A stretch of DNA of 58,660 nt, counting the filler, from Sphacelaria rigidula (lineage: Eukaryota), in assembly GCA_964200075.2 (NCBI GenBank). It is 8 parts of 8 records of this genome, joined end to end, with 100 filler letters (N's around TTAATTAATTAA, not from the genome) between each part and the next. Parts side by side here need not be neighbours in the genome. Positions count along the whole stretch, not along the records: positions 51,417 to 58,660 come from CAXNAA020015790.1; 7 more parts are not named here. The stretch is one strand, 5' to 3'. The position numbers and the translations under genes were made by a program. Positions 51,317 through 58,660 of the stretch are shown piece by piece. Numbering within the stretch: position 1 is the stretch's first letter; each line of letters starts with the position of its first letter. Under the pieces are notes generated by a model. That model made no database searches. It saw only the letters and a program-made list of their open reading frames with translations, and was not told where the DNA came from.

Positions 51317-51416
51317 NNNNNNNNNNNNNNNNNNNNNNNNNNNNNNNNNNNNNNNNNNNNTTAATTAATTAANNNNNNNNNNNNNNNNNNNNNNNNNNNN
51401 NNNNNNNNNNNNNNNN
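51317..51416. other. Artificial contig linker
   Basis: 44N-TTAATTAATTAA-44N. Confidence 0.98.
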
Positions 51417-52970
51417 GAGCATCAGAGGTGTTCTGCAACGTTACCGGCACGGCACCGTGCATCCTGGGTGAGTTCCGACCAACAGAGATGGGGCATCAGT
51501 TTCTCTTGAGTAGTCGGTCCTGCTATGGTAAGTACTATCACGGACGTGTATGGTATGGTACGTTCATGAGGGTGTTTGAGAACCAAAAACGACGATTCAC
51601 CCCGGACAGCCCCTGCTGCAAAGTCCTATACACTAGCATGCGCGACATGTACAACAGAGGATGCTCGGGAGTCCTCGCCTTGCCCGCCAACGTATCCTGA
51701 AATAGGGCAAAGAGAGGGCTCGCCAGCAGCCTCTGCTGTGCCAATCCGATATACTAGGCTGTTGTCAGCGCATGACTCTCAACTGCAGATATTATCAAAA
51801 ACTCGTATTGTCCTCCCGAATCAGTCGAGCAGGACGAGAAGCACTGTTGCCGCAGTACCTCCGTGATGGTCAAGCACCGTGCTGTACAACCGGATCGCCA
51901 ATGCATCCTCTGACGGGAGCTCCGAGCGTTCCGTCCGTTCCCTACACATGTCACGATAGGCTCCTTGTCTACTGTCGAAATTCGATGTTTGGAGCCATCC
52001 GTCTTGCTCATGCAGTCTCTGGAGTCACTCAATTTTTGCACGAGTCTCAAGTATGTTGCATGACTCTCGGTGATGTTGGGTTGGAAGTGGATAGTTTTTG
52101 CTTGTTGTTCACGCCCATCGTCGTGCAAGAGGAATGCGGTGAAGTACACAACGCATCTCTGGTGCCTGTTTGTGCCAAGCATATGGGTTGTCTCGGCATC
52201 TGATACCTCCAAGTACCCAGCATCATTTCATCGATGTGGTCATGACGACGTGGTAGGCGCCGACACGTCCCTAAAATACACTTTTTCCCAATCTTTCCTG
52301 CCACAATTCACATACGAGAGTAATTTCTACGGGTGCCTGGATTTCATAGTTTCGATATCCTCGCTCTCCTCCCTTTCGAGGCACACTGCGTCGCCGTCGT
52401 GTTGCTCCAGCCACCTCGCCTGGCTTTGCTACCCATGACTCGATGAATACGCGGTGCAGGTTTGCTCGGAACGCGGTCCCTTTATTGAAGACGTCCGCGC
52501 GGTCCTCCCGACACGCCGGTCGTAGGGTGTTCAAAGTCCGATGCGGTTCAGAAAGCACGCGGTCCTCCCACTTATCACAGCCCCTCCACCAGAAACACTT
52601 ACTCTGCTGCCCATCAAAAAGGGGGAAAAGGAATGCACCCACTGGCGTATAGAGCACTCAATTACCCATCACTTCTGCCTGAAAACATGATCTCGCAAAG
52701 TTCGCCCAACGTGGATACTCGTTCGGATCGTGCAGGATGACTTCTATGGGTTGAAGCTACGCAGCTTCGCGGGGAGGGACACCGACCTGGAGCGGTGTTG
52801 CCCCTGAGTAACGTTTTTACATGAAAATCCCAGCAGGAAAATCCTCAGGCTTAATCCGTGCACCATGGCGTGAGAACTGCTGATGCGAAACTGGGTCTCA
52901 TATATGTACGTGGGTACAAGGTTGTTGCGCCGGAGGGGGCTAACCGAATCTGGTGCTCTATGTAGCCCGA

Positions 52971-53331
52971 GTGTTGTGTGTATGTGCTGTCGTCCCATTT
53001 ATTCTGGGCGCCAGTCTGCGCCTTTCGGTATATGTGGGCGCACCAGCCGGGGTCACACAGGAGGAAGGTCAACACAGAAGTTTCTTCTTTTTTGTTTGTT
53101 GTTAGTACCCCACCTTCCTTCTGCGGTGCTTGCCTGTTATTTTTTCATCGCGAAAGGGGTTCAGCAGTTCCTTTTCCTGGTCGACCCTTAGGTCGAACTT
53201 TGTGTACGCACGACAAAGTCGCTCTCCACTGTTGGGCATGTTGTGAGAAAATATCCTAGATCGCTCCAGGAATTGAACCCCACTACTCAACCGTCAAAAG
53301 GTCACGAGATTACCGACTGAGCCACCAGGGC
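52971..53331 (-). mobile_element. tRNA-derived SINE, full length
   Basis: Reverse complement gccctggtggctcagtcggta..ggttcaattcc; body colinear with 19176..19528. Confidence 0.85.
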
Positions 53332-55004
53332 AACCGGCGACTACAAGTAGGTTATGATAAAGGGTGTCCGAAGGTGAAAATTGATACTTGTATTCAGGAC
53401 CTCTTGAATGATTTGAGTAAGGAGAGGAAAATGATAGAAAAGGAGAAACGCGATGATCTGGATACATCAGCATGTGTAGCGGGTCGCTGGGTGTTCATTC
53501 GGGAGTTGGTGTGTAGGTATGCTGCGTTGTCGCGCCATACCTCGCCAATAACCACCGCGTCTTTTAATCTGTCTGGAGATCTGGTTCCTTTGACTGACGC
53601 ACATGAAGATCGCTCCATTGCAGCTCATTTCAGGCCCCAGGAGACTGGGCGAATTTGATGTTGTAATTTTCTTCCGTGCGTGGTTGAATGAGCAAGTTAT
53701 GGATTTCCGTAAAGCAAAGATCGTTGTGCGTAAATGGGCAAGGGCTAGTGCTGGAGCTAATGCGCGTGAGCGGCGGGAGTCTGCGTTTTGTTCGGGGTCG
53801 GTGTGTAAATGTTGCGTTCTCTTGTCGCGTATTTTGTCGCGCCAGCGAAAAGCTGTCGGATCAACGCCCACTGCAGCAACCACCACCGCAGCTTTGAACA
53901 TGCATGGAGATCCGGTTTGTGCCTTGTATGCCTGACGCACAAGACGACCGCTTAGCCTTAGCTCGTTTCGGGACTGAGTAGGTTGTACGCACTGTATTTC
54001 TTATATTTTATTTCGCATATTTTTAAGAGAGATGTGTGGTATATATGGTTTCAGGACGCTAAATAATATGTACATTTTCGCCATGATCGAGCTAATGGTA
54101 CAAATAAAAGTGACTGGCGGGTGAAAGAAAAATATATCCCAGCGAACATAGATATATCCGATACGCATCATTTGTTTGTTGCCGATTCGATTGATCCTTG
54201 CTGGTACGTTAAGTGACACGTACAATAGAACCTGCTTTGGATGAGTGATCTCAACGCCGGAGATGGGTTGAATTGGGTCTCAGTTACTATTGCAACTAGG
54301 ATCCAGTGTGAGATCTGGATAACGCTTGAAGTTCGGTAAAAGTGGCGCGTCGGAGATTGAAGTGATGGCCAAATGAGGGTTTGTGTATATGTTTTTTTTC
54401 AGCCAGCGAGTGCGCCCCCCTTCATTGACTGCTTCACCGCCTCGCCTCGTAGAAGCTAATCAAACACATCATCAGAGTTTTGATCATGTTCTCCACATCA
54501 GACAACCGTCTCGCTGCGGGGTGATCCAGTCCGCAACAACGCAATACAGCTGTAAACCGCTGCTTTTCGATCGTTGGGTATAATTTGATTTCACTTAACT
54601 TGTTGAGTAGTATACTTTTCTTCAAGATCCTGTCCATTCCTCCCAGATATAACGACGTCCTTAGAGATTTTTTCAATCTAGCTCGCGATGATTGATTCTA
54701 TAGGCGACGTCTGCAACCCAACTGTCTTTACCAGATGAGGTGCTCTAACCTTACCACACGAGGAAGTGGTGGATTTCCGCAAAGTAAAGGCTGGTGTGTG
54801 TAGATGAGCAAGGGCTAGTTCCCGGGCTGATGCGCGTGTGTGGCAGATTGGGGGCACCCCCTGGTTAGGGACAGTCTTCAAGTTAAGGACAGCTGTAGTA
54901 GCTGTTACAGCTGTGTCCTGATCTCACTCATGGTTGATGCCGCCGTGCACATCTTTTGTTGCGGTTGCTACCGCTTACGTTTCTCTTTGTTTTGTTACTG
55001 CTGC

Positions 55005-55353
55005 TGTGGAGATCGCCATTTAGGCACGTGCGGAGATATTTCCTTTTATGACATGTAACCTAGTGAACGGCTGTTACAGGGGTAGTTCGCAGGAGCCCCG
55101 AAACTTTCATATCTGTACAGCCGGATCTGGGACCCCAACGTAACAGGGATCTTCCCAGCAAACTGTTGGCTATCCCTGGGGATTACTTCTACTCGTTTTC
55201 GGGCTAACTCGTTCGCGCTCGTCGACCTTTTCCGAGTGATCTACTTGCCTGCACCCCACGACTTACGGTCAATCCTTGACTACATAACCCGAGGAAAATC
55301 ATCGGCCACCTTCGACGGTTCCTAACGTCACCGGGAGTCTTACTACCTCCACA
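55005..55353 (+). mobile_element. Probable 5' LTR of a Ty3/Gypsy retrotransposon
   Basis: TGTGGAG..CTCCACA 7-bp inverted termini, followed directly by a PBS-like sequence and gag; 3' LTR not in this contig. Confidence 0.65.
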
Positions 55354-55354
55354 T

Positions 55355-55367
55355 TGGCGACACCCGT
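55355..55367 (+). promoter_or_regulatory. Primer binding site
   Basis: TGGCGACACCCGT one base after the LTR-terminal CA (TGG complements the tRNA CCA end). Confidence 0.6.
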
Positions 55368-55416
55368 TTAGACAAGCTCGTATATTTTTTATCTTCCCCG
55401 TTATCCGTTATCCATC

Positions 55417-57450
55417 ATGGGGAAGAACAGCAACAACATTAGCGGCGATTCAGCAGGCGGAGGCGCAGGAGCGTCATCTTCGCCCTCTCCTGCCCAGCCA
55501 ACGTTTGCTCAAGTAGCGAAGACACCGGCTCCAGCAAAGCCAGCGGCTCCCGCCAGGGCCTCCTCCTCTGCCAAGCCTTGGGTTCCGTCGCCTCCCTCGC
55601 AGAAAAAAACGGACAAAGGAGAAAAAAGGGAACCCCCAAGCCTGCGAAGAGCCAACGTTCCAGCAGGGGCAAACCGTCGGCACCGGCGCCGGTAACCGCC
55701 TTACTGTTCTCCGCGAGGAGGACGAAAGCAATGCCAGCGTCGCGGACGCTGACGTGGAAAACATCAGCAGGTCCTCGAGAAATAGAGCCGTCATGTTCTC
55801 CGACTCAATCTCAGACCACATCAAGAAAGCAGCTCTACACCTCTCATCATTGAAAACCATCAAACAACACTCCGAAAAAGGGACGGATCCTCTTCAGTGG
55901 GCTTTGCGAGCGCTGGGAATGCTGGGTTCCTCTCACGACGTGGTCCAACAAGTACATTAGATGAACAAAAAACGGTAGCAGAACAGGCAAACTCAGGGGT
56001 AGAAGTAGTCGGGGGGGGGGGGTTCGGTGCCTCTACGTCACAGTGGTCGTGTAGCTTGTGACACGACGCCAAGCTCTCGCAGGGTACTACCGACCACGCC
56101 ACCTCAACTGTCCCGGGCGACTAATAACAATGTAGTACCGTAAATCAACTCAATGCACTAAACACTTCTCCCGGAACACACTCTCAAGCCTCGCCGACTT
56201 CCGCCCAAGTTCACCCAAGCAACGTAGGTTACGCGTCCCCTACGAACCAACAAGTGGTCAATAGTCCTCAGTCATCACCTCACATGCCTGTGGGAACTTT
56301 TTCACCACAAGGGTCACAACATCAGACCCCCATCGCATGAAAACCAAACTCGATCGAGTACGATCGATGAAATAGTACACACGCCGCGCTTTACGCTCAA
56401 GCAAAACGATCCTGCTTCTAACATGGTTCTGAGAGGACTACCAGTCCAAGATATTCCAACTATTATGCGACAGTACCGTTCTCAAATTGAAATGAAGTCG
56501 CAAGACCAATGCACGCGGAAAGAAATCGATCGCCGATTCATCAAGAATTTACAGCTCTTACTAAGGGACACAGCCCTCGAATATTACACGGATCGCGTAA
56601 CCGGTACTTTAGAGTGGCGGACAGAAACGAATCTCACAGCCCTTCGGGCACAAGGAGGTGAAGTATCTACCCGAGCCCCACATCTTCGGACGAGGGGGTA
56701 GATGCTTCTATAAATGTATACTCTCCACCTAATCGCATAGCAATCCTCGCTTCGGCTATAGCGGAGCTGAAATTTAAGAACCACCGCACGGTAGTCTCAT
56801 AGGCGGTGGAAGTGTCCAAAGCACACTCTCGTTTTTACGCAGAAGCCGCACGAGTCACGCCACATGGTAGGGACCCAGTAAGCTTCGCGCGGGAGCCAGT
56901 CAAACGGCTGCTTTTGAAGCAGGACTCCCGCCACATATCAGAGTCGAAACGGTACGAGAAGATCCCACTCATAGCTTCCAAGTTGCAAGAGCCCGCCCGA
57001 AAAAACATGAAACGAATAACCTGCGCGGGACTCAGCCTCAAGTTTCCAATACCTCTGCGACCCACGTTTTATCTCTCGCTATGCACATCCCATCTCAACT
57101 CCCGGGAAAGTCGCTGACCAAGGTAAGCAAATTGAAAAAATGTTAAAAGAGAGGCAGTGGGCTGGCGGTGACCGGGGAAGGTTCAAAAACCGTTCTTCAC
57201 ATTCCGGCGACAAACCCGGTCAGTCGTCTTCTCCCAGTAAGACCGGAAAACGTAGTCGGTCAGAGGTAGAGGGGGTGGGGAAAGTGATGGTAAATCAAGG
57301 AAAAGGGCGAGCGTTGCACATACAAGCCGTGCAGGTTTAAACACAAGCACTCCATAGAGGACTGTCAATTGGCCAGAAAACATGTGCGATTTGCTAGCCA
57401 AGGCGGAGCTTCTTCTGTGAGGCCATGTAAGAGAGTACATGTGGACGGGT
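55417..57450 (+). pseudogene. Disrupted gag of the Ty3/Gypsy element
   Basis: ATG after the PBS; P/A/S-rich N-terminus, LLRDTALEYY segment, knuckle-like CTYKPCRFKHKHSIEDC near 57315; several frameshifts and stops. Confidence 0.65.
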
Positions 57451-57591
57451 TACGGTTGCAAAGGCTAGAACACGGGAGCAAGTTGGGAATAAAGCAGGTC
57501 AAGACAAGATGTTTAGTAAGAGGCATCGTCATCTGGGCATCGTCCCCTAAGCTGCTTTTTTTGTAAGCAAGACTTCTCTGCAAAATTATGA

Positions 57592-58557
57592 AAAGCACAG
57601 ATCCAATTTTTTCTCCCCAAGCTCGACAGAATTCGAGTCTTTTTTATGTCTTCTTTTTCGTTAGCCCGCTACCCTAGGAAGCCGGCAACGTTGCAAACTG
57701 CATCAGCGAGGGTGCAGGTTCCCGCCAGAGTAAGCGGAACGGGGGTTCCGGCCATAACCATTGACACTGCTTCAGACCTCCCGATCATCAGTTTGAAGTT
57801 CACCCGTTCACACCCCACACTGAGCGAGGGGGACATTCACTCAGTCCCACCGCGTTATATTGATCTAAGAAGCGCCGACGGTTCACCAATCACGATAAAG
57901 GGGTATATCCGCTTTGACCTCACGCTAGGTGACATAACCATGCCTATCGAAGCATTTGTCCTCAGGGATCTCGTACTGGATCTCATGCTGATAGAGAACT
58001 CAGTGTTGAGCGCATTTGGAGGGATTCTCGATTGGCAAGCAAAACCTTTGACGTTTCGTAGTTCAACAGTTCAGCTCACAGCTACTCACAGAAGAAACGA
58101 CGGAAAATTTCATCCAAAGTTTTCGGGAAATGATTATTGTTCTGTCATGCGGGTAGAATCGGCTGAAAATGTACCGGTGAACCTCTCAATGAGGTGCTCT
58201 GTCCCACCTCGAAGTGAGATGGCTCTTCTTGTCGAAACAAATGAGCCGCCAAAATTCACAACTGAAGCGGCCATTGAGCCGCGAATTGTAACGGGTGAAG
58301 ACCTCCAATCCAAAAAAGTACCGGATGCATTTCGCCGCCTCGTTGTAGCACGCACAGCCTGCACCTGGTCAGCGATCAACAAAACAGCTATGGTACAAGT
58401 AGCAAATTCGTCGAATCAGCACGTCCGACCCCCACGAAATTTGCTTTTGGGATATATCTCACGAGTTGAGAAATACAAGCCGACGGGAAGCGTCAGTGAA
58501 ACTTTACAAGTTGAAACAAATAAGCCGACGGAAAACGCCAGTGCAATTTCACAAGTT
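57592..58557 (+). CDS. Ty3/Gypsy pol N-terminus: aspartic protease and following domain (partial)
   Basis: Open frame to the window end (missing from the ORF track): ITIDTASDLPIIS..LRSADGSPITIKG..AFVL..LMLIENSVLSAFGGILDW. Confidence 0.8.
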
Positions 58558-58589
58558 ATTATTATAATTATAATTATTACAATCATTAT

Positions 58590-58651
<62 letters not shown>

Positions 58652-58660
58652 TTATGATTA
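58558..58660. repeat. (ATT)n/(AGT)n microsatellite
   Basis: Direct reading. Confidence 0.95.

Noticed and set aside
51417-52900. Helitron Rep or other TE protein
   Set aside because: RNSPRMHG only loosely resembles the Rep motif; unsupported

Overview
This is repeat-rich eukaryotic DNA, most likely from a brown alga (EsV-1-7 repeat gene, short GT-AG exons in long introns). It is not one locus. Eight contigs of 7246, 7246, 7246, 7245, 7245, 7244, 7244 and 7244 bp are joined by identical 100-bp linkers (44N-TTAATTAATTAA-44N), so they look like unplaced contigs sorted by length and adjacency across linkers means nothing. Host genes recognised: two exons of a ribosome recycling factor, the last three exons of an NDR/LATS-type AGC kinase, and an 18-repeat EsV-1-7 (C-x4-C-x16-C-x2-H) protein. 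Most of the rest is transposon-derived: piggyBac-like TTAA MITEs in mixed tandem trains sharing a 25-bp core, a CACACG-ended satellite-filled element with an 8-bp TSD and a visible empty site, a 6.2-kb inverted duplication of a hAT-like composite, a MULE-like long-TIR element, ANT-TSD MITEs, tRNA-derived SINEs, a decayed KDZ/Zisupton-like transposase, a LINE APE fragment and the 5' half of a Ty3/Gypsy element. Most entries in the ORF track are spurious. All family calls rest on motif recognition by eye, with no database searches.
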